Positions 20,030 through 29,530 of a stretch of DNA of 64,000 bases are shown here, piece after piece. The translations under genes and the position numbers were made by a program. The notes beneath the pieces were generated by a model. That model saw only the letters and a program-made list of their open reading frames with translations, had not been told where the DNA came from and ran no database searches. How positions within the stretch are numbered: position 1 is the first letter of the stretch; each line of letters opens with the position of its first letter. Origin of the DNA: an uncultured Bacteroidia bacterium (lineage in GTDB: Bacteria; Bacteroidota; Bacteroidia; NS11-12g; UBA9320); contig CALSMN010000006.1 in the NCBI GenBank assembly GCA_943787465.1, forward strand, positions 205,105 to 269,104, written 5' to 3'.

Positions 20030-20790
20030 CGTTTTTTAATAATTACGGGCTTATACATTCTTAAATTCAGTAACTTCTGTGCACTCCCATCTCTGAGGGA
20101 AATCGATAAATAATCCCGAGCATTGTAGTAGGCATAAATATCTCCAGACTTAAATCCAGACAAATCCTCGTAAATTTTAGATAATTCATAGTGTCTAGAA
20201 AGCATGATTATAAAATTTTGATTCGAAAAATATTTCGCTACATCATCTCTTGTAATATTTGTAAAAACATTTCCCATATTATCAATACACAATACACATC
20301 CTGCTAATTCATCATTGACATATGACGGCTTAATGAGTGTTTGTTTATCAACGGTGGTTGCTATAGTTAAAAAATCGTTTAATGATTTTCCTGATATAAT
20401 TTCTTTAATCACAGGTAAATAAATGTGGTGAATTTCAGTGATTCCATCCAAGTTGGGTATGCGATAATATGTGTCATAATCTTCCCCGAAGATGAGGCTT
20501 AAAATACCATTATTTGCTGCCAAAAAGTAATGCCCTTTGAATTGAGCAATGATATGATAATCATAAGAATAAGCAATCGTACCTAGAGCTATCACATGAA
20601 AACTTCCAATAGGGAAATTCTCGAAAACGAGATTACTCAGGTAGGCTGCTTCAACATTTTTATTTTCAAATATTTGGTTATTGATTTCAATAAAAGGAAG
20701 TCCTATACCCTGCTTATACATAGCTCCCTGAAAAGAGGCTGTGTAATGAGATCCTTGTCCAAATTCACTTAAAAAAGTTAGTACGTTCAA
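20026..20790 (-). CDS. SAM hydrolase/chlorinase-fluorinase (DUF62) family, degenerate
   Basis: LSEFG, FPIGSFH, FLAANNG, IDNMGNVFTNI, GSAQKLLNL; divergent from phoH. Confidence 0.8.
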   Translation of the reverse strand: MNVLTFLSEFGQGSHYTASFQGAMYKQGIGLPFIEINNQIFENKNVEAAYLSNLVFENFPIGSFHVIALGTIAYSYDYHIIAQFKGHYFLAANNGILSLIFGEDYDTYYRIPNLDGITEIHHIYLPVIKEIISGKSLNDFLTIATTVDKQTLIKPSYVNDELAGCVLCIDNMGNVFTNITRDDVAKYFSNQNFIIMLSRHYELSKIYEDLSGFKSGDIYAYYNARDYLSISLRDGSAQKLLNLRMYKPVIIKKR

Positions 20791-20857
20791 TTTTAGAATA
20801 TTTAACTAATTTAGCAGACGAAAATAACATCTCAACCTAACATTTGTATCATAGACT

Positions 20858-21811
20858 TTGATAGAAAAGAAATATTTAATAGACGGCATCGATCATTTCC
20901 GATTTTTTGGTCCGTACAACAGTCATTTTAAAGTTTACAAAGAAAAATATCCCAAACTCAAACTTTCCTCACGTGGAGACACCATTACTATTGTCGGAGA
21001 AGCACCTGATGTTGAGGAATTTGTCACTGCTGTAGAGTCCATTGTGAAATATTTAAAATTAAACAATAAAGTTACTCTTGGGGATATTGAACGATTGGTT
21101 ATTGGAGAAGAAAATAGTAAAAATGGGGCATCTCAATCAGAAAAAGGGATTATTATTCATGGTCAGGGAGGTAAAATCATTACAGCTCGTACCAAAAATC
21201 AACAGTCTTTGGTTGATCAAGTATATCAAAATGATTTAGTATTTGCCATTGGTCCGGCCGGAACTGGAAAAACATACACTGCAGTAGCATTGGCTGTAAA
21301 AGCATTGAAAAATAAAGAAGTAAAAAAGATAGTGCTTTGTCGACCTGCTGTTGAAGCGGGAGAAAGTCTTGGTTTTTTACCTGGAGATATGAAAGATAAG
21401 GTAGATCCCTATTTAAGACCCTTATATGATGCATTGGGCGATATGATACCTATTGAAAAGTATAAGGCATACATTGAAAAAGGGATTATTGAAGTTGCTC
21501 CGCTGGCTTTTATGCGTGGGCGTACCCTGAAAGATTGTTTTGCTATATTGGATGAGGGACAGAATGCCACCCATACTCAACTCAAAATGTTCCTAACTCG
21601 AATGGGACCCACATCTAAAATTGTCATCACGGGAGACCTATCCCAAGTAGATCTACCCGCTCGAGCAAAGAGTGGACTTGCTCCTGCATTGGATATGCTT
21701 AAAGCTATTGATGGTATTGGTATTGTGCGACTCAACGAAAATGACGTTGTACGGCATCGATTGGTGAAAGACATCATTCGAGCATACAACCAGTTTGAGA
21801 AAAAAGACTAA
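20858..21811 (+). CDS. phoH: PhoH family ATPase
   Basis: GPAGTGKT, RPAVEAGESLGFLPGD, AFMRGRTL, ILDEGQN, DVVRH. Confidence 0.96.
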   Translation: MIEKKYLIDGIDHFRFFGPYNSHFKVYKEKYPKLKLSSRGDTITIVGEAPDVEEFVTAVESIVKYLKLNNKVTLGDIERLVIGEENSKNGASQSEKGIIIHGQGGKIITARTKNQQSLVDQVYQNDLVFAIGPAGTGKTYTAVALAVKALKNKEVKKIVLCRPAVEAGESLGFLPGDMKDKVDPYLRPLYDALGDMIPIEKYKAYIEKGIIEVAPLAFMRGRTLKDCFAILDEGQNATHTQLKMFLTRMGPTSKIVITGDLSQVDLPARAKSGLAPALDMLKAIDGIGIVRLNENDVVRHRLVKDIIRAYNQFEKKD

Positions 21812-21887
21812 AAGTTCATATTCGACTTTAACTCACCCATAGAAACAGCTATTTCTATGGTAAAATGTATATTTGACTTTCAAACCA

Positions 21888-22544
21888 ATGTTGAACAAAC
21901 TCAAACATAACAAAATATCACTTCTACTTTTTTTGCTTTTCTTAACTTCCTGTAAAAAGGAAAAATTATACCCACCTCCTTGTCCAAATGGGTGTGAGTC
22001 TAATCAGTATCTTATATATAAAAATGATACTATTCAGATGAATAATGATGGTTTTTATAGAATAAAATGGGAGGGTTTAAACTATTTTCAATTAAAAGGA
22101 AACCTATCTGATCTAGACCCACAATATGTTATCAACAAGGTCCCTTTAGTTGTGACTAATTATGATACCGATTACTGGATTACAAATAATGGTATCCTAT
22201 TTCGTACAGTTCAAGATAAGTATTTAGGCTGGTTTTATGATGATAATTTTAACACGCCAGTCGTCATTAGAAATCAAACATATACCTGGAAGGATGCAGC
22301 GAAAATATATCAACCATTAAATATAGCAGGTTATCAAATACCTAAATATTTTTGTTTTGATTGCCCTTATGCTCCAACAATTATTGGAACTTCATCCGCA
22401 TATACGTATGAACCCACCCAAAATATTCGATTAAATAAAGAAATGATTGGAGATACGCTAAATGTATATACTGAGACCTGGTTCAATACAGATGTTGGGG
22501 AAAGAGAAATCAAAGAGAATAGCTTTAACATAATTGTAGAATAA
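21888..22544 (+). CDS. Hypothetical lipoprotein
   Basis: Lipobox LTSC followed by KKE; CPNGC and CFDC motifs; own TATATTTG box at 21868-21875. Confidence 0.75.
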   Translation: MLNKLKHNKISLLLFLLFLTSCKKEKLYPPPCPNGCESNQYLIYKNDTIQMNNDGFYRIKWEGLNYFQLKGNLSDLDPQYVINKVPLVVTNYDTDYWITNNGILFRTVQDKYLGWFYDDNFNTPVVIRNQTYTWKDAAKIYQPLNIAGYQIPKYFCFDCPYAPTIIGTSSAYTYEPTQNIRLNKEMIGDTLNVYTETWFNTDVGEREIKENSFNIIVE

Positions 22545-22788
22545 ATTATACTCATTATACTAAGCAATCCAACTTATGGTCAACTTTTGTGAATAAAAAA
22601 ATAACCTCAATCAAAAAAAGTTTACTCCATTTTTATCAAACATAAGTATCTCATAAACAGATCTTTAAAAAACTTAAGAAAAGCTATTTGAAAACCTTCT
22701 AAATTGAAAAAATCTACTTCCAATAAAATGTCCATTTTTATTGCATAATTATATTTGCAACTACTTACATTTGACGCACTAAATTGTA

Positions 22789-23718
22789 ATGCACACATCA
22801 AAAAAACAAATCGTCTTTACGAGTATTTTTTTAACCACAAGCACCCTATCATATTCAACCAATAATATGTCATCATTTTATTCAGAATCTACGTTCATCG
22901 CGTTGATTATCTTGTCTGTAGTTTTAGTAGCTATAACTGCACTTTTGTTCGGTATCAAAAAACATTTAACATCGCTAAATAACGAAAAGAATAGTGAAGA
23001 TGTTGAACCCTCTTTTTATGTACGTAAAATTCAACCTATTCTTCAATCTTGGAATCCTACCATAGCCACATTGGTTATTGCTACAGGTGTGCTGCTATTT
23101 CTTGGTGCATTTGGCTATAAGTTTGGCATGGAGGAAGTTGGAGTCCAACAAGGATATGCCCCTACTCAACCCATCAACTTTTCCCACAAAATTCATGCAG
23201 GTCAATATGAAATGGACTGCAAATACTGCCATAGTACGGTAGAAAAATCGAAATCAGCGAGTATACCATCTTTGAATACTTGTATGAATTGCCATAAATA
23301 TGTAAAAGCTGAAGAAAAATATAACGGTAAAACTTCACCAGAAATACAAAAAATATATGATGCCATTGGTTTTGATGGAGAGAATATGGAATATATCGAA
23401 GGTTACGAACAAAAACCAATTGAATGGGTTAGGATTCATAATCTGCCTGATTTAGCTTACTTTAACCACTCACAACATGTCGTTGTAGGAAAAGTCGAAT
23501 GTCAAACATGTCATGGTCCTGTTGAAGAAATGGAAAAAGTATATCAATATTCAACACTACAAATGAATTGGTGTATTGATTGTCATCGTGAACGGAGTAT
23601 TGATACTGAAAACAACGATTACTATGAAGAAGCTCACAAGAATATGTTAGCCGAAGGAAAAGATTACATCACGGTTGCCGAGAATGGCGGTCTTGAGTGT
23701 AGTAAATGTCACTATTAA
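22789..23718 (+). CDS. actA: Alternative complex III pentaheme cytochrome c ActA
   Basis: QPINFSHKIHAG; five CxxCH (CKYCH, CMNCH, CQTCH, CIDCH, CSKCH). Confidence 0.93.
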   Translation: MHTSKKQIVFTSIFLTTSTLSYSTNNMSSFYSESTFIALIILSVVLVAITALLFGIKKHLTSLNNEKNSEDVEPSFYVRKIQPILQSWNPTIATLVIATGVLLFLGAFGYKFGMEEVGVQQGYAPTQPINFSHKIHAGQYEMDCKYCHSTVEKSKSASIPSLNTCMNCHKYVKAEEKYNGKTSPEIQKIYDAIGFDGENMEYIEGYEQKPIEWVRIHNLPDLAYFNHSQHVVVGKVECQTCHGPVEEMEKVYQYSTLQMNWCIDCHRERSIDTENNDYYEEAHKNMLAEGKDYITVAENGGLECSKCHY

Positions 23719-23745
23719 TTAAAAGGACCCAATAGAATATAAATT

Positions 23746-26700
23746 ATGTCTTCAAATAATTACTGGAAAGGGATAGAAGAACTTGATCAAACGCAAGAAT
23801 TTGTTTCAACCAACGAAAATGAATTTTCAGAAGGCCTGCCCTTAGAGCAAGTTTTCTCCAATGATGACTCCACAAGAGCCAATCGAAGAGACTTTCTGAA
23901 ATATTTCGGATTTGGACTAGGAGCAGTAACGCTTGCTGCTTGTAACAAAACTCCTATCAAAAAAGCAATACCCTACGTTGAAAAACCCGATCAAGTAACC
24001 CCTGGTGTACCTTTATACTACGCAAGTAGTTCTGTAAGCAATGAAGAAGGGTTTCCTATCTTGGTAAAAGTAAGGGAAGGTAGACCTATCAAATTTGAGC
24101 CTAATAAAGAAGCTACCTACTTTGGTGGAGGTTTAGATGGTTTAGGCCACTCCGCCCTACTATCATTGTATGACACCAATCGACTTAAAGGTGCGATGGT
24201 TTTCGGCAAAAGAAAAACCCAAGATTGGAAAAGTTTTGATAAAACCATTATTGCAGAATTAGACAAAGTGTCTGCTGCTGGCAAGTCAATAGCTATTGTT
24301 CGTGGAGGAAGTACCAGTATTGTAATAAATGAGGCTATCCAAGCTTTTTCTGATAAATATCCCTCAACTCAAGTAATAAAATATAACCCTATCTCCTACT
24401 CTGGAATTACTCGAGCGAATCATGCATCATTCAATCAAGCTGTTATTCCTGCCTACAATTTTGACCAAGCTGATGTTATTGTTAGTTTTGGTGCAGACTT
24501 TTTAGGAACATGGATTAGCCCAATCAAGTTCCATTCAGATTACAGTAAAAATCGAGTTCCAAAGGATGGTAAAATGTCAAAGCATTTTCAGTTTGAATCT
24601 CTAATGAGTTTATCTGGTAGTAATGCTGATGTACGTGTTCCTATTAAAATGAGTAATGTTAGTCAACATTTAATTGCATTATATAGAGAATTAGGCGGGA
24701 ATACACCACATCAAGGCATGGAAGTGGCAGGTAATAATATAAAAGCTGCTGCCAAAGAACTAAAACTAGCCGGTAAAAGAAGTTTGGTAGTTTGTGGAAG
24801 CAACAATGAAGCTGATCAAATGATGGTAAATGCCATCAATATGATGCTTGGAAACTATGGCACTACCATAGATCTTTCCAATTACTATAATGGTCAACTT
24901 GCAGACGAAGCAGCGTTCAATGGCTTTATTCAAGAAGCTCTATCTGGGAAATATGGTGCAGTAATTACACTCGATGCAAATCCTGTTTATTCTCATCCGG
25001 ATGCTGAAAATGCGTTCTCGAAAATACCTGTTAGAATCAGTACTGCTATTACCGCTGACGAAACTACTACCAATGCGACCCATGTCGCCACCAATTTACA
25101 TCCTTTAGAAAGTTGGGATATTAAACAACCCTACAAAGGAAGGTTTATTATGTCTCAACCTACTATATCCCCTGTTTTTGAAGGAAGACACGCAGCAAGT
25201 TCATTATTGTCTTGGACAGGTGTAAATGTAGCCGACAAAAAAGACATCTCTCATGCATATACCTATACAAAACAAGTTTTTGATCGTGTTATTGGGGGTG
25301 ATTTTAATGAGGCTATTGAACGGGGTATCGTAGAGAAAATTATACCTGTAGCTACCCCCTCATTTAATATTACAGGTGGTGTAATTGCCGATCAACTTTC
25401 ATCTAAGAAAGGATCAGCTACTGAACTCATTCTATATCAAAAAGTAGGTGTACGTGATGGTGCATATGGGAATACACCATGGGCACACGAAATGCCTGAT
25501 CCTGTATCTAAAGTCACATGGGATAATTATCTTTCTATGTCTATGCCAGATGCTAAAGCCAACGGTTTTGTAACTGGAGATGTAGTTTCAATCAAAACTT
25601 CTTCCGGCAGTATTGAGCTTCCTATTTTGATACAACCCGGACAAGCAAAGTCTACTTATGGTATTGCCTTAGGTTATGGAAGACAACTCCCTGAGGATGT
25701 TAAAAATGACCTGAAAGATTTGGGTAAAAATGCTTATCCCCTCATAGATATGAAAGACGGTTATGCCAATTTTATATCAAAAGATGTAAGTATAACTAAA
25801 GTGGATGGTGCTAAATTATATGAATTTGGAATTACTCAAACACATTATTCCATCGAAGGTAGAGATATAATTCGTGAAGCTAGTATTGAAGAATATAGAA
25901 AAGATCCAAAAGCAGGCAGTTATGTTCACAAACCCAAAATGATATCACTTTGGGATGATTATGATTATTCAAAAGGACATCACTGGGCTATGGCTATCGA
26001 CCTAAACTCTTGTACTGGTTGTAGTGCTTGTATTGTAAGTTGTAGTATTGAAAATAACGTTCCTATTGTTGGTAGAGATGAAGTTCGCCGAAGACGAGAA
26101 ATGCACTGGTTGCGCATTGATCGGTATTATAGCTTTGAAGCTCCTACTAAAAAAGATCTTAATTTAAGTATTGTTCACGGTGGAGACCAAACAGTTGAAG
26201 CAGGTGATTTAATGACTCAGGAAAAGGTAATGGAGGCTTATAGTGCTGACTCAGACACTGAAACAGCCTACGATTATTATCAAAATGTACGTGTTGCCCA
26301 CCAACCCATGATGTGTCAACATTGCGACAATGCTCCCTGCGAGACGGTATGCCCGGTATTAGCCACTACCCACAGTAGCGAAGGTCTGAATCAAATGACC
26401 TACAATCGTTGTATTGGAACAAAATATTGCGGCAATAACTGTCCTTATAAAGTCCGACGATTTAACTGGTTTAGATACAACGAAAACGAAAAATTTGATT
26501 ACCATTTCAGTAATGATTTAGGTAAGATGGTTATTAATCCAGATGTCACCGTTCGTTCTCGTGGGGTGATGGAGAAATGTAGTTTCTGTGTTCAACGAAT
26601 TCAATCAGCTAAATTGAGCGCTAAACGCGATAATCGTAAAATGAATACTGACGAGTTTACCACTGCATGTGCTCAAACTTGTCCTTCTAATGCGATTATT

Positions 26701-26856
26701 TTTGGTGACTTAAATGATAAGAACAGCGAGATTGCTAAATTATATCAAAATGATCGATCGTATCATGTACTTGAAGAATTAGGGATTAAACCAAGTGTTC
26801 AATACATGACTAAAATAAGAAATATTAAAAAATCAAATAACCAAACAGCACATTAA
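23746..26856 (+). CDS. actB: Alternative complex III subunit ActB (molybdopterin-oxidoreductase-like plus Fe-S domain)
   Basis: Tat motif NRRDFLK plus lipobox LAAC; CTGCSACIVSC, CQHCDNAPCETVCP, CIGTKYCGNNCP, CSFCVQR..CAQTCP. Confidence 0.95.
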   Translation: MSSNNYWKGIEELDQTQEFVSTNENEFSEGLPLEQVFSNDDSTRANRRDFLKYFGFGLGAVTLAACNKTPIKKAIPYVEKPDQVTPGVPLYYASSSVSNEEGFPILVKVREGRPIKFEPNKEATYFGGGLDGLGHSALLSLYDTNRLKGAMVFGKRKTQDWKSFDKTIIAELDKVSAAGKSIAIVRGGSTSIVINEAIQAFSDKYPSTQVIKYNPISYSGITRANHASFNQAVIPAYNFDQADVIVSFGADFLGTWISPIKFHSDYSKNRVPKDGKMSKHFQFESLMSLSGSNADVRVPIKMSNVSQHLIALYRELGGNTPHQGMEVAGNNIKAAAKELKLAGKRSLVVCGSNNEADQMMVNAINMMLGNYGTTIDLSNYYNGQLADEAAFNGFIQEALSGKYGAVITLDANPVYSHPDAENAFSKIPVRISTAITADETTTNATHVATNLHPLESWDIKQPYKGRFIMSQPTISPVFEGRHAASSLLSWTGVNVADKKDISHAYTYTKQVFDRVIGGDFNEAIERGIVEKIIPVATPSFNITGGVIADQLSSKKGSATELILYQKVGVRDGAYGNTPWAHEMPDPVSKVTWDNYLSMSMPDAKANGFVTGDVVSIKTSSGSIELPILIQPGQAKSTYGIALGYGRQLPEDVKNDLKDLGKNAYPLIDMKDGYANFISKDVSITKVDGAKLYEFGITQTHYSIEGRDIIREASIEEYRKDPKAGSYVHKPKMISLWDDYDYSKGHHWAMAIDLNSCTGCSACIVSCSIENNVPIVGRDEVRRRREMHWLRIDRYYSFEAPTKKDLNLSIVHGGDQTVEAGDLMTQEKVMEAYSADSDTETAYDYYQNVRVAHQPMMCQHCDNAPCETVCPVLATTHSSEGLNQMTYNRCIGTKYCGNNCPYKVRRFNWFRYNENEKFDYHFSNDLGKMVINPDVTVRSRGVMEKCSFCVQRIQSAKLSAKRDNRKMNTDEFTTACAQTCPSNAIIFGDLNDKNSEIAKLYQNDRSYHVLEELGIKPSVQYMTKIRNIKKSNNQTAH

Positions 26857-26860
26857 AAGC

Positions 26861-28207
26861 ATGTATACAGCAGATATAAGACAACCGCTTGTAACAGGCG
26901 GAAAAACGTATTCAGATGTTACACAGGACGTCTGTAGACCGATTGAGAACAAACCAACACCTTCATGGTGGCTAGGATTCTCTATCGCCGTAGTATTATT
27001 TCTTTTATTAGCAGGAACTTTAGCATGGACTGTTTGGGAAGGAATCGGCACATGGAATGTAAATAAATCAGTTATGTGGGGATGGGATATCACCAACTTT
27101 GTATTTTGGGTTGGTATTGGGCATGCAGGGACACTTATTTCTGCTATTCTTTTATTATTTAGACAAAAATGGAGAATGGCCATCAACAGATCAGCCGAGG
27201 CAATGACCATATTTGCTGTTTTCTGTGCCGCAATATTTCCTTTATTTCACATGGGTCGTGTGTGGCTTGGTTATTGGCCACTTCCACTGCCCAATGCTTT
27301 TGGTTCATTATGGGTGAACTTCAACTCTCCACTGCTTTGGGATGTATTTGCTATTTCAACATATCTATCGGTATCTCTGGTTTTTTGGTACTTAGGGCTC
27401 ATACCTGACATCGCTACTGTGAGAGATCGTGCAACTTCAAAAGCTAGAAAATTTTGGTATGGATTCTTTGCTATGGGATGGAATGGTTCTGCAAAGTCGT
27501 GGGGAAGATATGAGGTGGTTGCTTTAATACTTGCAGGTATATCCACCCCACTCGTTTTATCCGTGCACACCATTGTATCTATGGACTTTGCAACATCCGT
27601 TATTCCTGGATGGCACACAACCATTTTCCCTCCATACTTTGTTGCTGGAGCTATATTCTCCGGTTTTGGAATGGTACTTACTTTATTGCTTATTGCAAGA
27701 CATGTAATGAACTATCAAGATTATATTACTACGGAGCATTTAGAAGCTATGACTAAAGTTATCTTATTAACTGGATCTATTGTCGGTTTGGCTTATATCA
27801 CAGAATTTGTAATCGCTGCCTATTCTGGTTATGAATATGAACAATATGCATTCGCCAACCGAATGTTTGGACCCTATGCTTGGGCTTATTGGACCATGAT
27901 GTTTTGTAACCTCATGGCACCGCAAGTATTTTGGAGTAAGTGGGCAAGGACAACACCTTGGTTTATTTTCATTATTTCTATTATTGTAAATATTGGGATG
28001 TGGTTCGAACGATTTGTAATTATTGTTACATCACTCCACCGTGATTTCCTACCTAGTAGCTGGGTAATGTATCACGCTACTTGGGTTGAAGTAGGTATTT
28101 TCCTAGGAACATTTGGTTTATTCTTTACATGTTTCTTCTTATTTGCTAAATTCTTGCCGGTAATCAACATGGCAGAAGTTAAAACTATCATTAAAGACAA
28201 AGAGTAA
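26861..28207 (+). CDS. actC: Alternative complex III quinol-binding subunit ActC (NrfD family)
   Basis: WGWDITNFVFWVGIGHAGTLISA, NRSAEAMT, SPLLWDVFA, GMWFERF. Confidence 0.96.
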   Translation: MYTADIRQPLVTGGKTYSDVTQDVCRPIENKPTPSWWLGFSIAVVLFLLLAGTLAWTVWEGIGTWNVNKSVMWGWDITNFVFWVGIGHAGTLISAILLLFRQKWRMAINRSAEAMTIFAVFCAAIFPLFHMGRVWLGYWPLPLPNAFGSLWVNFNSPLLWDVFAISTYLSVSLVFWYLGLIPDIATVRDRATSKARKFWYGFFAMGWNGSAKSWGRYEVVALILAGISTPLVLSVHTIVSMDFATSVIPGWHTTIFPPYFVAGAIFSGFGMVLTLLLIARHVMNYQDYITTEHLEAMTKVILLTGSIVGLAYITEFVIAAYSGYEYEQYAFANRMFGPYAWAYWTMMFCNLMAPQVFWSKWARTTPWFIFIISIIVNIGMWFERFVIIVTSLHRDFLPSSWVMYHATWVEVGIFLGTFGLFFTCFFLFAKFLPVINMAEVKTIIKDKE

Positions 28208-28208
28208 T

Positions 28209-28838
28209 ATGATTGATAAAAGTATATTATTAGATAATAAAAAATTTACTGTCGGAATTTTTGATAATTCCGACAAACTTCTTCACGCAGTAAAGACACT
28301 TAAAGAAAAAGGAGTAAAAATATTTGATTGCTATACACCATTTCCTGTTCATCATTTAGATCAAGCTCTAGGATACCACCGAACAAATCTTACCGTTGGC
28401 GCATTTTTGTGTGGAATGTTAGGTTGTTTGTCTGGATTTACACTAGCATTCTATATGAATGTAGTAGACTGGCCCATGATTATTGGAGGAAAACCCCAAG
28501 ATATTTCTGTGTTTACAAGTTTTATCCCTGTGATGTTTGAGTTAACCATTTTATTCACGGCGTTTGGTATGGTTATTATGTTTTTTGCACGTACACGATT
28601 AATTCACGGTATTAAAGAGGATTTATTATCTAGAAGACAAACAGATGATCACATGGTATTAGCCATTGATAATAATGAAGAACAAGCTATCAGTAACGAG
28701 GATATTGTAGCACTTTTAACTAAGGAAGGTGCAATCGAAGTTAATGCATCGAAAGAAGCATTTAATACATCACTCACCTCAGAAGAAGATTTAGCTAAAA
28801 TTCTGAATCCTGCATCAACTAAATCAAAGAAGAAATAA
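28209..28838 (+). CDS. actD: Alternative complex III subunit ActD (DUF3341)
   Basis: YTPFPVHHLD, DWPMIIGGKP, FIPVMFELTIL. Confidence 0.93.
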   Translation: MIDKSILLDNKKFTVGIFDNSDKLLHAVKTLKEKGVKIFDCYTPFPVHHLDQALGYHRTNLTVGAFLCGMLGCLSGFTLAFYMNVVDWPMIIGGKPQDISVFTSFIPVMFELTILFTAFGMVIMFFARTRLIHGIKEDLLSRRQTDDHMVLAIDNNEEQAISNEDIVALLTKEGAIEVNASKEAFNTSLTSEEDLAKILNPASTKSKKK

Positions 28839-28841
28839 ATC

Positions 28842-29504
28842 ATGAAGCTAAACCATATCATAAAATACACAGCCATTTTAGCTTTACCTATAATGAGCAT
28901 CATGTCTTGTGTAAGCTCTGGTGATAATCCAGGTATCGAGTATGCACCGAACATGTATATCTCTCAAGCTTATGAGCCCTACTCACAAGATCGAAAGTTT
29001 GCGACAAATCCTCACGGTATGACGATGCGTGAACCAGTAAATGGAACCATTGCCCGAGGTCAACTTAATTATGTATATCCTTTTCCTAATTCTGGTGATG
29101 GATACGCAGCAAGTGCCGAATTCACCGGAGATGTAGAATCTACCGAAGAAAATATCCAAGAAGGGGAACGTTTGTATAATATTTACTGTTGGCATTGTCA
29201 TGGAAAAAAAGGAAAAAATGATGGACCTATTTTCAAAGAAAAGAAAATGCCAGCTCCATCATGGCCAAACTACCAATCGGATTATATAAAAGAGTTACCC
29301 GTTGGAAAGGCATACCATACCATTACATACGGAAAAGGACTCATGGGATCTCATGCTTTTATGCTAGACCCTGAAGAACGTTGGAAAGTAATTCATTACG
29401 TTAAAACATTAGCAAATAATGTGAGCAGCTCAGCATCAACAGACACAACAAGTACCGCTGATATGACTGCAACCGATACATTAAATAGTAATTCAGTTAA
29501 CTGA
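28842..29504 (+). CDS. actE: Alternative complex III monoheme cytochrome c lipoprotein ActE
   Basis: Lipobox IMSC, EYAPNMY, single CWHCH, MGSHA axial Met. Confidence 0.93.
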   Translation: MKLNHIIKYTAILALPIMSIMSCVSSGDNPGIEYAPNMYISQAYEPYSQDRKFATNPHGMTMREPVNGTIARGQLNYVYPFPNSGDGYAASAEFTGDVESTEENIQEGERLYNIYCWHCHGKKGKNDGPIFKEKKMPAPSWPNYQSDYIKELPVGKAYHTITYGKGLMGSHAFMLDPEERWKVIHYVKTLANNVSSSASTDTTSTADMTATDTLNSNSVN

Positions 29505-29530
29505 TCAATAAAAAAACGAAACTTAAAACC

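Noticed and set aside
22588-22596. Perfect DnaA box (TTATTCACA on minus strand) as oriC
   Set aside because: Single box with no cluster; expected by chance in AT-rich DNA. Two 1-mismatch boxes in 61757-62101 are equally unconvincing, and none follow dnaA
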